Origin: an uncultured Nitrospiraceae bacterium | Lineage (GTDB): Bacteria; Nitrospirota; Nitrospiria; Nitrospirales; Nitrospiraceae | Direction of reading: 5' to 3' | Assembly: GCA_963846575.1 (NCBI GenBank) | Contig: CAWJWJ010000001.1 | Coordinates: forward strand, 480,001-544,000 | Length of the DNA stretch: 64,000 bases | Shown here: positions 21,501-29,980 of the stretch, piece by piece | Layout of the letters: every line of letters starts with the position of its first letter | Position numbering within the stretch: the stretch's first letter is position 1 | Program-made: the position numbers and the translations under genes | Notes under the pieces: generated by a model | Seen by the model: the letters and a program-made list of their open reading frames with translations, nothing else | Databases searched by the model: none | Told to the model about the DNA's origin: nothing

Positions 21501-21529
21501 TTGCTCGCACATGTCGGCGTTGCTATACT
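21501..21529 (+). promoter_or_regulatory. sigma70 promoter for ugd
   Basis: TTGCTC-17 bp-TATACT with extended -10 TG. Confidence 0.6.
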
Positions 21530-21593
21530 GACGACGCTTCACACAGACTCACATGAACATTCCTCAGCTTTTTCGTCAGGAGGAGACGCATCC

Positions 21594-22913
21594 ATGCATA
21601 TCAGCGTGATTGGAACAGGCTATGTCGGCCTGGTGACTGGTGCCTGCTTCGCAGAATTCGGCGTGAACGTCACTTGTATGGATACTGATGCTCGACGCAT
21701 CGCCAGGCTGGAGAAAGGCGAAGTCCCCTTTTTCGAGCCCGGTATCACCGAACTCGTGGGAAAAGGCATCAAAGAGGACCGGCTCCATTTTACGACCGAC
21801 GTCGCCAAAGCCGTCGACAAAGCATTGGCCATTTTTATTGCCGTGGGAACCCCGCCCAAATCGGACGGTTCAGCCGACCTCTCCTACGTCGAGGAAGTGG
21901 GGCGCGGGATCGCGAAAAACATGACCGGCTACAAGGTCATTGTCACCAAGTCCACGGTTCCGGTTGGGACCGGGGAGAAATTGCGCGAAGTCATTAAGGC
22001 CAATCAAACAGGCCGCTTTCGCTTCGACATTGTGTCGAATCCTGAATTCCTCCGTGAGGGATCCGCGATTGAAGACTTTATGCGACCGAATCGTGTGGTG
22101 ATCGGTGCGGATAGTGAGCAGGCTGTCGCCATCATGAAAGATCTGTACCGCCCGCTCTATCTGCTGGAAACGCCGATCGTGGTGACCGACATTCCCACGG
22201 CTGAGATGATTAAATACGCCTCCAATGCGTTCCTCGCGGTTAAAATTTCCTTCATCAATGAAATCGCCACGGTGTGCGAAAAGGTCGGGGCAGACGTGCA
22301 AATGGTGTCGAAGGGGATGGGACTCGACAATCGTATCGGAAATAAGTTCCTACATGCCGGGCCGGGATTTGGAGGTTCTTGTTTTCCGAAGGACCTGGCT
22401 GCGCTCGTTCAGACCGGGGAACGCGTGGGATACCCGTTTCAGATTGCAGGGGCCGCCGCGAAGGTCAACTACGAACAACACTTGCGAATGGTCGCCAAGG
22501 TCAAGGACGCCTGTGGAGGAGTGAAGGGGAAAACGCTCGGCGTGTTGGGGCTCTCCTTCAAACCCAACACCAACGACATGCGGGAAGCACCCTCACTCAC
22601 GATTCTGGGCGAACTGATGAAGGACGGGGCGACGATTCGCGCCTACGATCCGGCCTCAATGGAAGAATCCATGAAACTGCTGCCCGGCATAGTCCCCTGT
22701 CAGGACAGCTACGACGTGGCGGAAGGCGCTGATGGCCTGATCATCATGACCGAGTGGAATCAATTCAGGAACTTAGATTTCGATCGCCTGAAAAAATCCA
22801 TGCGGCAGCCGCTGCTGCTCGATCTCCGCAACACCTACGATACCGATCGCGTCGTCGGATTTGGTTTCCGCCACGTCTCTGTCGGTCGTCCGACCCAGGA
22901 CCCGATCGCATGA
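21594..22913 (+). CDS. ugd: UDP-glucose 6-dehydrogenase
   Basis: GTGYVG, NPEFLREG, GFGGSCFPKD, FKPNTNDMRE; AGGAG RBS before ATG 21594. Confidence 0.96.
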   Translation: MHISVIGTGYVGLVTGACFAEFGVNVTCMDTDARRIARLEKGEVPFFEPGITELVGKGIKEDRLHFTTDVAKAVDKALAIFIAVGTPPKSDGSADLSYVEEVGRGIAKNMTGYKVIVTKSTVPVGTGEKLREVIKANQTGRFRFDIVSNPEFLREGSAIEDFMRPNRVVIGADSEQAVAIMKDLYRPLYLLETPIVVTDIPTAEMIKYASNAFLAVKISFINEIATVCEKVGADVQMVSKGMGLDNRIGNKFLHAGPGFGGSCFPKDLAALVQTGERVGYPFQIAGAAAKVNYEQHLRMVAKVKDACGGVKGKTLGVLGLSFKPNTNDMREAPSLTILGELMKDGATIRAYDPASMEESMKLLPGIVPCQDSYDVAEGADGLIIMTEWNQFRNLDFDRLKKSMRQPLLLDLRNTYDTDRVVGFGFRHVSVGRPTQDPIA

Positions 22914-22934
22914 TCGGCAGGGCGGGGCTGCGAA

Positions 22935-23645
22935 CTAACTGAGAAGCTTCGCCGCTTCGGCCTGAGTTCCTTCTTTAGGCTTGGGCTTATAGCCCATCCG
23001 ATCAAGTACCTTCATGATCTTGGTCTTCAGCCGGTCGTCGGCCTCCGCCAGCGCGATCGCCAGAGGTTCGACGGCCGGCTTTCCGATCTTCCGGATAATC
23101 TCCGTCGCCGACTGACGCACATCGTCTTCTTCTGAAGCCAGAAGAGGCACGAGGGACGGCACCGCCGATCCGCCAATCTTGATCAACGAATCGTAGGCGC
23201 GCTGCCGCACATCACCCACCTCGTCGGTCAGTGCGCCGACCAGGGGCACCACCGCCCGGGGATCTTTCAACTCTCCGAGCACTTCAGCCGCATATTTCCG
23301 GTTAAGCCAATGCGAGTCCTTGAGATCGATCAACATAGCATCGGCTTTTTGCGCATTGGGGTCCTTGGCACGGATCCGGAAGCTCTTCGCGACGCGTTTA
23401 CCCCCTTCTTCGACCACACGGATCGTCGCGCCATCGCCCGGTTTGAGCTTAAGAAAGTCTTCGAGGGCCTCTTCACCGACATCCAACACCACAGTCTTAC
23501 CGTCGTACGCAAGGAGTTCCACTTCCAACTGCCTGGCTTCAGGGTTGACGGCCACGACACGCTCCGTCACCAAATTAAAGCCATCCTTTTTGGCCCCACC
23601 CTTGGGTCCGATTTGAATCAGTTTCGCCGGTGCTTCATCTGCCAT
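22935..23645 (-). CDS. HEAT/PBS-lyase repeat protein with N-terminal beta (OB-like) domain
   Basis: About 95 aa beta-rich N-terminus then repeats such as RKYAAEVLGELKDPRAVVPL. Confidence 0.88.
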   Translation of the reverse strand: MADEAPAKLIQIGPKGGAKKDGFNLVTERVVAVNPEARQLEVELLAYDGKTVVLDVGEEALEDFLKLKPGDGATIRVVEEGGKRVAKSFRIRAKDPNAQKADAMLIDLKDSHWLNRKYAAEVLGELKDPRAVVPLVGALTDEVGDVRQRAYDSLIKIGGSAVPSLVPLLASEEDDVRQSATEIIRKIGKPAVEPLAIALAEADDRLKTKIMKVLDRMGYKPKPKEGTQAEAAKLLS

Positions 23646-23665
23646 AGTAGAGTTCCTTTTCCCGG

Positions 23666-24427
23666 TTATGACGAGGTCGCCTGTTTCCACCCTAAACTCG
23701 CAAGGACACCTTCGACTGTTTCCTGCACCATGGTATTTTCATCTTCCAAAAGAGGGAGCAGCGGCTCAATGGCCTGCTTCGCGCCGAGGCGCGCCAGCGA
23801 TTCGGCCGCATTCCGCCGCACGAGCCAATCTTCATCTTGGAGCGATTGGATCAAGGCATCGGCGCTCCGGAGATCACCGATCTTTCCAAGCGCCTCAGCC
23901 GCATGGCGCCGTACCATCCAATTGGGGCCCAACAACCCGTCGATCAGCGCATCGACCGCCCGGGTATCGCCGATCTTCTTCAAAACCCGCGCCACATCTT
24001 CCCGCACCGTGCCGTCTGTCAGCGCCTCGATTAACCCCGGCGTCGCGCTGGAATCTCCGATTCGTTCCAGAGCCCACACCGCCGCCGTCCTGACAGCCCC
24101 ATCCTTGTCTTTCAGTGCCCCCATGAGCGGCTCGACCGCCCGGACGTCTCGGAAGCGCCCCAAAACATTCGCCGCCTGCTCACGGATCGCCCATTCATCG
24201 TCCCGCAGCGCATCCAGAATCTGATCGTATGCGACCGGCCCGATCCGCAATACGGCGGTGGCCGCGGCCTCTCGAATCACAACATCCTCATCCGCCATCA
24301 ACCCGATCAACTGGGGCACGGCTTCGTCGCCCATCTGTCCGAGACTCGCCATGGCATGCTCTCGCAATGCATCATTGTCGTCCCGAAGCGCAGCTATCAA
24401 TTGTGCTATACGGTCGGCATCACTCAT
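23666..24427 (-). CDS. HEAT/PBS-lyase repeat protein
   Basis: Tandem ~31-aa repeats (VRxxAAxALGxIGDxRA); start overlaps stop of upstream gene. Confidence 0.92.
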   Translation of the reverse strand: MSDADRIAQLIAALRDDNDALREHAMASLGQMGDEAVPQLIGLMADEDVVIREAAATAVLRIGPVAYDQILDALRDDEWAIREQAANVLGRFRDVRAVEPLMGALKDKDGAVRTAAVWALERIGDSSATPGLIEALTDGTVREDVARVLKKIGDTRAVDALIDGLLGPNWMVRRHAAEALGKIGDLRSADALIQSLQDEDWLVRRNAAESLARLGAKQAIEPLLPLLEDENTMVQETVEGVLASLGWKQATSS

Positions 24428-25520
24428 GATCGTCCGATTCCTCCTGTCCGACCGGTTGTGCATCCTCAAGCGCAGCGAGTTTGTCCGCTATGAGTCCGGC
24501 GCTATAAGACACGATCCCGTCTCGGTCACCCCGTAATCGGTTAAAAAGCTCATTATGCGGACGCAACACTTCCACGTCCTTGATTTTGGCCAATGCTTCG
24601 ATCGCCATGACCCGTAACGGCCGGATCGGAATAGCCTCGATATATAATTGCGCCGGGCGCGGGTCGCCGATCAGCCCCAGCGACTTTACCGCGTATTCTT
24701 TTACACCGGTATCTTTGTCCACCTGGAGCCGTTTCATCAACGGCTCGACTGCGCGCACATCTCCGATCTTCCCTAGTAGATCCGCCGCCGCTTCGCGGAC
24801 CACCCAGTCGTCATCCTCAAGATATTCAATCAAGATTTCGACGCTCGGACGACCGACTCCGAGCAGATCCATGACCGTGGACATACGAGCCTCTTCCCGT
24901 TCACTCGCGCCCTCGACATCCCGCAAGGCGTTGAAGCTCGTATCGATGCGCTCACGAATTGCGCCCAGTTTTTTGAGCGTTCTCACTGCGATGTCGCGGA
25001 CCGCCGGCGATGCCATGGCATCGATCAATCCATCGAGTGACCGCGGATCAAGCAGATGCTCGAGAATCGTCGCGGCTGTTGTCTGTGCCTCTACCTCCGG
25101 ATGGGTCAACATCTCACAGAGGGGCGTGATCGCGTTCGGGATTAAACCAAGAAGCTGCCGCACTCGGTTTCGCACGTCCTCATCGGGCGACTCATGAAGA
25201 TTCCGCACCAGACCCGCCGCCGTCTCATCATCCAAATTTCCGGCCATCTGCTCGATCGCGGCAAATGCCGCCTGCCGTACCGTCTCATCAGGATCACGGA
25301 GCAAGCTGACCAGGGCAACACCCGCCGCGGGATCTTTGATCCGCGACAACATGGCAGCGGCTTCTGCGCGGAGGGGCGCATCACCCGTCTCCAAGGCGTG
25401 CGTAAGCGCACGTACCGCTCGGGGGCCACCGGCCAGGCAAGCAGCCGTCGCCCGCATGCGACGCCACTCCTCCTCGTGCGTCAACTCAGAAACCAATGTA
25501 TCGATAGACTCTTTGGGCAT
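24420..25520 (-). CDS. HEAT/PBS-lyase repeat protein
   Basis: Repeats such as WVVREAAADLLGKIGDVRAVEPL. Confidence 0.92.
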   Translation of the reverse strand: MPKESIDTLVSELTHEEEWRRMRATAACLAGGPRAVRALTHALETGDAPLRAEAAAMLSRIKDPAAGVALVSLLRDPDETVRQAAFAAIEQMAGNLDDETAAGLVRNLHESPDEDVRNRVRQLLGLIPNAITPLCEMLTHPEVEAQTTAATILEHLLDPRSLDGLIDAMASPAVRDIAVRTLKKLGAIRERIDTSFNALRDVEGASEREEARMSTVMDLLGVGRPSVEILIEYLEDDDWVVREAAADLLGKIGDVRAVEPLMKRLQVDKDTGVKEYAVKSLGLIGDPRPAQLYIEAIPIRPLRVMAIEALAKIKDVEVLRPHNELFNRLRGDRDGIVSYSAGLIADKLAALEDAQPVGQEESDDHE

Positions 25521-25623
25521 GTTCGGAACGACCCATCAGGGCATTACAATGACAGCTTGATTACAATCATTCCCGTTGAGAACGGACTTCCGGTTCACAA
25601 CGAACCTACAGGCACACCCAGCA

Positions 25624-26706
25624 CTACACGCGGCCCGGACGCCACCCCACCGCCGTCAGAGTCTCCCGGACATAATAGCGAACATTTTCATCCTGTTCCC
25701 TCGTGAGCATCGGGAGCAGGGACGGAATAATAGCCGGTCCAAACTTCGCCAAGGAGGCAGAGGCTTCCGAGCGAGTGACGGTGTTTCGCAAAGCCACGAT
25801 CAACGATGGGATTGAAACCGGGTCGGCAATCATCCCTAATGCCCGAGCCGCCATCCCCATCGTCGCCATCTCGTCGGTCCATCCATCGGCACAGGCCGCA
25901 GCCGATCGGCTCGAATCACCGAGGGGCGCACCTTCCACAACGCGTCGAAGCAGGGGCACGGCACGCCGGTCACCGATGTGACCCAGCGCCTCCACCGCGA
26001 TGAGACGCAAGGTCGGCTCCTTCATCACGAGGACCAGATAATCCACCGCCCGGGCATCTCCGATTGCACCGAGTGCCCGCACTACATCCTCCCGGATGGC
26101 TGAGTCCCGATCGTTGAACAAGACCCGAAGCAATGGCTCAACGGCATCAGACGACTTGAGCTTACCCAGCGCCTCTACCGCATGGAGTCGAACCAGCCAC
26201 TCATCATGGTCCAGCCCCTGGATCAAGGCGAGTATGGCCACTCCGCCGATAGCGGCCAGCGCGCCGGAGGCTTCCTCGCGAACAGCCTTGACCTTGTCCT
26301 GGAGCAGTGGCATCAGGGAAGGGACGGCCCCTGCCTCGCCGATCCGCCCTAAGGCCTTCGCAGCATGCATGCGCACGATCCAGTCCCGGCTACCCAGAGC
26401 ATCGACCAGCGGCGCAAATACCCGGGCATCGGCAATCGAGGCGAGAATGGACGAGGCCGCCTCCTGCACATGCAACACAGGATCGGCCAGGCAGGTGGCC
26501 AGAGCCGGGATCGAAGGTCCGCCGATCGAGGACAGAGCGCCGATGGCTGCCTCGCGAACGGCTCGATCCGTATCGTGGAGCGCTCTCGTTAGGGGGACGA
26601 CGGCTCGGGGGTCCTTGAACGACCCCAACATGGTCGCAGCCTCCTCCCGGATCGCCCAATCCTCATCTGCAAGAGCCGCGATCTGTTCACTGACGCTGTC
26701 GGCCAT
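25624..26706 (-). CDS. HEAT/PBS-lyase repeat protein
   Basis: Repeats such as WIVRMHAAKALGRIGE, WLVRLHAVEALGKL. Confidence 0.92.
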   Translation of the reverse strand: MADSVSEQIAALADEDWAIREEAATMLGSFKDPRAVVPLTRALHDTDRAVREAAIGALSSIGGPSIPALATCLADPVLHVQEAASSILASIADARVFAPLVDALGSRDWIVRMHAAKALGRIGEAGAVPSLMPLLQDKVKAVREEASGALAAIGGVAILALIQGLDHDEWLVRLHAVEALGKLKSSDAVEPLLRVLFNDRDSAIREDVVRALGAIGDARAVDYLVLVMKEPTLRLIAVEALGHIGDRRAVPLLRRVVEGAPLGDSSRSAAACADGWTDEMATMGMAARALGMIADPVSIPSLIVALRNTVTRSEASASLAKFGPAIIPSLLPMLTREQDENVRYYVRETLTAVGWRPGRV

Positions 26707-26734
26707 CGTTCCTCGGCCTCTCGTAAAGCTCTCG

Positions 26735-26764
26735 ACCTTAACACAGGCTTTTTTGAAGGGTCAA
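26735..26764 (-). promoter_or_regulatory. Internal promoter in HEAT cluster
   Basis: TTGACC-18 bp-TAAGGT with extended -10 TG. Confidence 0.55.
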
Positions 26765-26889
26765 CGCGACCTCAGCCGCGCGGCCCGATCTCAGAACGTT
26801 CCCACAGAGCTGGTCTACCCGGGAGGGACTCGACGTCAGAGGCGCGAGGGACTCACCCTAGGAAGTGAGACCCGGAAGAGAAGCGGATA

Positions 26890-28260
26890 CTACCGCACCG
26901 ACCCCTTTGCGAAATCCCCGCTCGGACCGAAGCGGCCGATATCCCCGAGCGGCCGATCGACACGAAGGTTGTCGGCCTGGCTGGAGTCCACCGACGTCTC
27001 CTCGTCCGGAGGCGTCCAGCCGAGATGCTCTAAGGTCTCAACGACCAGCAATCGAAGGGAGTCTTTGGCGGTAAGCCGGACGGAAGCATAGGAAAGGACG
27101 CGCTCCCCTTCGGCCTCGACCTCCGACGCTTTGGGATCGTAGAGAAAGGAAATCAGCGGTTCGATTGCACTGTCGCCGATCAACACCAGCGCCGCGGCGG
27201 CTTTCTCCCGCAACACCCCGTCCTTCAGAAGCATGATGAGATCCGGAATGACCCGCGGATCACGGAAATGTCCGAGCGCGGTGGCTGCCGCTTCTTTAAT
27301 GAACGCATCTTCGCTGACGATACAGCCAGGCGTGGGAGTTCCCTCCTGGCGAACGCCTTTCCCTTTGAGGGCGGCCAACACAGCGGGAAGGGCTCGTGAA
27401 TCACCGATCATGCCCAACGATGCAATGGCATGGCGCTTGACCGCACCGTCCTGCATGGCCTCCAGCAGACCATCGATGGCGCGGGGATCACCGATCATAC
27501 CCAGCGCAATCGTGGCATCTTCGCGCACGGCACGATCCGGATCCTTCAGCATATTGATTAAGGCATCGACTACCCGCGGTTCACGCACCCAGCTTCGACC
27601 GATCTGATAGTCCGTCGTCATCCCCCCTAAAGCCCGGGCCGCATGACAACGCACGACGAAGTCCTTGTCTTTCAGCGTATCGAGCAGCAGATCGACAGAT
27701 GGCTGACCGATCGCCACCAGGGCGATACCAGCCGTCTCCCGCACGATCTTGGAGGAATCACGGAACAGCTTGATCAACGCGGGGATCGCCTTTGGATCGC
27801 CTATTTTCCCCAACGCTTCCGCAGCGGCACTCTTGACCGCTCCGTCCCGATCGCGGCAGGCAAATATCAATGCATCCACGGCGCGGGGATTGCGCAGATC
27901 ACCAAAGGCTTTTGCGGCATGTTCCCGCACGCGCCACCGCTCGTCCTTCAACGCTATCAACAGCCGCTCGATCTGGTTCTCCCCCAACGAAACGACAGCC
28001 GCGACAGCTTCGTTCCGGACTTCCATGATGGGGTCGTTGAACAGCGCGATGAGAGTCTCCACCGCCTTGGCACCCCCGATCTTGGCCACTCCCCAGCCGG
28101 CCCGTGTCCGAACAGACCAATAGTCATCACTGCAGGCACCGATGAGCGCCTCCAATGTGGTCGGGTCCGCTAGCTCCGCGAGGGCTTTTGCGGCCTCTTC
28201 GCGAGTTGCGTCATCCGCATCCTCAAGCGAATCAAGAAGATCATCGAGTGCCTGTGCCAT
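26890..28260 (-). CDS. HEAT/PBS-lyase repeat protein with loop insertions
   Basis: Many HEAT repeats; inserts GMTTDYQIGRSW and GTPTPGCIVSED. Confidence 0.92.
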   Translation of the reverse strand: MAQALDDLLDSLEDADDATREEAAKALAELADPTTLEALIGACSDDYWSVRTRAGWGVAKIGGAKAVETLIALFNDPIMEVRNEAVAAVVSLGENQIERLLIALKDERWRVREHAAKAFGDLRNPRAVDALIFACRDRDGAVKSAAAEALGKIGDPKAIPALIKLFRDSSKIVRETAGIALVAIGQPSVDLLLDTLKDKDFVVRCHAARALGGMTTDYQIGRSWVREPRVVDALINMLKDPDRAVREDATIALGMIGDPRAIDGLLEAMQDGAVKRHAIASLGMIGDSRALPAVLAALKGKGVRQEGTPTPGCIVSEDAFIKEAAATALGHFRDPRVIPDLIMLLKDGVLREKAAAALVLIGDSAIEPLISFLYDPKASEVEAEGERVLSYASVRLTAKDSLRLLVVETLEHLGWTPPDEETSVDSSQADNLRVDRPLGDIGRFGPSGDFAKGSVR

Positions 28261-28732
28261 CACTCACCTCGCTATTGCCGTAGTAGGCATCACGTTGCCC
28301 TCCATGAGGGTAGGTGCGCTTACACCGTACCACCAAGGTCTGAGTTCCGCGGCCCTCAACACATTGATCGAGTGACTTGGAAAATTCCAATCGTCCGTCC
28401 AAACTCACCGTAAAGGGAAAGTCGAATGTAAAACTAATGAACTTGTATTTACCCGGTTTGAGTTTCAACTCTCGCGTCTCGGTGGTCCTGTAGGCGTCTG
28501 AGGTCTCAGGGTCCAGGACCCACAGCGGTGGAGTGACCCCGGGTACTTGCCACCATGATTGTGGTACTAGCGGCGTGGGATCGATCGTAATTGAATGCTC
28601 TTTGCTGTAGGCCGGAGGGGGACCGGCGGCCAGAAGTTTTGCAGGCTGGTATGGCACCAATGCACAACCTAGCGCCAGACTCCCCAGAAGTAGCCCCTGC
28701 TTGATCGGATTTCTTTTCAAGAATGAGTACAT
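28241..28732 (-). CDS. Exported beta-rich hypothetical protein
   Basis: Signal-like N-terminus; LKPGKY...FPFTVSLDG...GRGTQTLVV; overlaps downstream HEAT gene by 20 nt. Confidence 0.75.
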   Translation of the reverse strand: MYSFLKRNPIKQGLLLGSLALGCALVPYQPAKLLAAGPPPAYSKEHSITIDPTPLVPQSWWQVPGVTPPLWVLDPETSDAYRTTETRELKLKPGKYKFISFTFDFPFTVSLDGRLEFSKSLDQCVEGRGTQTLVVRCKRTYPHGGQRDAYYGNSEVSDGTGTR

Positions 28733-28739
28733 CGGTCCT

Positions 28740-29801
28740 CTATTGTAACAATGGAGTTACGGGCGCAGCCGAGAAGGCTGTCTTAAATATTTCTTCGACC
28801 GGATGGCTCTCCCATTCGGTATAGGTCGTGAGGCCGAGCGCTCGCATGACCGTTGCGCCCGTGTCGATGATTGAGACAGGCTGACGAATTGTATACCCGG
28901 CCTTGATGCCGACCCCCGAGGCGATCCAGGGTACCATGGGAACATTGTTCGCTTGATCACCGGAGACCTCGCCCGCTGAAAATTGCTTCTCACCGACCGC
29001 ACTGAGAGACGTGGCAAATACGGTGGTCTGCTTGAGCAGGTCAAGATCACGGTAGAGATCAAGCACGGTTCCCATCGCCTTATCCACCGCCTTCAACGCA
29101 TCCTTATATGCGGTTGAATTCCATCCCTGAGCTTCGCCCACGCGACCGGGTGCAGGAAGATGGACTACCAGGAAATGAGGCAGTGCAGGAATCGCATGGC
29201 CATAGCCGGATCCACTGGTGGCCTTCTTGAAGTAATCCCGTACATAGCTGACCAGCCGGTCCGGGCTGCATTCGGTCCGAAGGGGGCCGCACATCTGATA
29301 ATCCGTGTAGGGTTCGGGCTTGGCAAGCTGATAGAGCGATTCGTCCATATAGAAGATCGCGCTATCGCGACCCCCGCTCAGGTCCAGATAGTCAAAGACG
29401 GTCGGGGCGCGGGGATACCCCCGGCTGAACTCAAACACGTTCCATGTAATACCGTGTTTCGCAACGGGCATCCCTGTCACGAGCGACGCCATGGTCGGCA
29501 ACCGACGCGCTGGAGCGACAGCCGTAGCGGACCAGGTCACAGCCCCATCCTTCACGAGCTTTGACAAGACCGGCATGGCCCCGCTTTTCAGCGACTCCTG
29601 GTTCAGCCCTTCCAAAACGAAGAGGATGACCTGTTCGCTCCTCACTCCCCCGGTCGACGGAGGATCAGCCGAGGTATCGCGTGCCGCATGGGCAAGAGTC
29701 GGAAACGGGAACTGGAGTGGCGTCGCAACCAGCGAAAGAACCAGGGCGGCGCCCATGCAAAATACCACCAGGAATGCGGGGATGCTCTTGATACGATTCA
29801 T
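28740..29801 (-). CDS. Alkaline phosphatase / nucleotide pyrophosphatase superfamily protein, catalytic residues substituted
   Basis: Fold motifs VILFVLEGL, SLVTGMPVAKHGI, PTVFD, VDKAMG, VPWIASG, SIIDTGAT; signal peptide. Confidence 0.8.
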   Translation of the reverse strand: MNRIKSIPAFLVVFCMGAALVLSLVATPLQFPFPTLAHAARDTSADPPSTGGVRSEQVILFVLEGLNQESLKSGAMPVLSKLVKDGAVTWSATAVAPARRLPTMASLVTGMPVAKHGITWNVFEFSRGYPRAPTVFDYLDLSGGRDSAIFYMDESLYQLAKPEPYTDYQMCGPLRTECSPDRLVSYVRDYFKKATSGSGYGHAIPALPHFLVVHLPAPGRVGEAQGWNSTAYKDALKAVDKAMGTVLDLYRDLDLLKQTTVFATSLSAVGEKQFSAGEVSGDQANNVPMVPWIASGVGIKAGYTIRQPVSIIDTGATVMRALGLTTYTEWESHPVEEIFKTAFSAAPVTPLLQ

Positions 29802-29845
29802 GACCTACCTCACCAAAAAACCTTCACTAGTAAAAAAGAGAAATT

Positions 29846-29875
29846 ACCTTAGCACGCTGTTTTCCGGGAAGGCAA
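29846..29875 (-). promoter_or_regulatory. Promoter of AlkP-like/HEAT cluster
   Basis: TTGCCT-18 bp-TAAGGT with extended -10 TG; same architecture as at 26735-26764. Confidence 0.55.
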
Positions 29876-29980
29876 GGCGCTGATCTGCCCGAAAATGGCG
29901 TCCCTGCGAGATCGATGCTATCCTGACAGAGTCGGTACCCATGCTAACCGGCAACGGCCAGGTCTGTAGGGAAGAGGCCC

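Noticed and set aside
23310..24224. 304-aa plus-strand ORF
   Set aside because: Antisense shadow of HEAT genes, Ser/Arg-rich, no motifs
26096..27091. 331-aa plus-strand ORF
   Set aside because: Antisense shadow of HEAT genes, typical of GC-rich DNA
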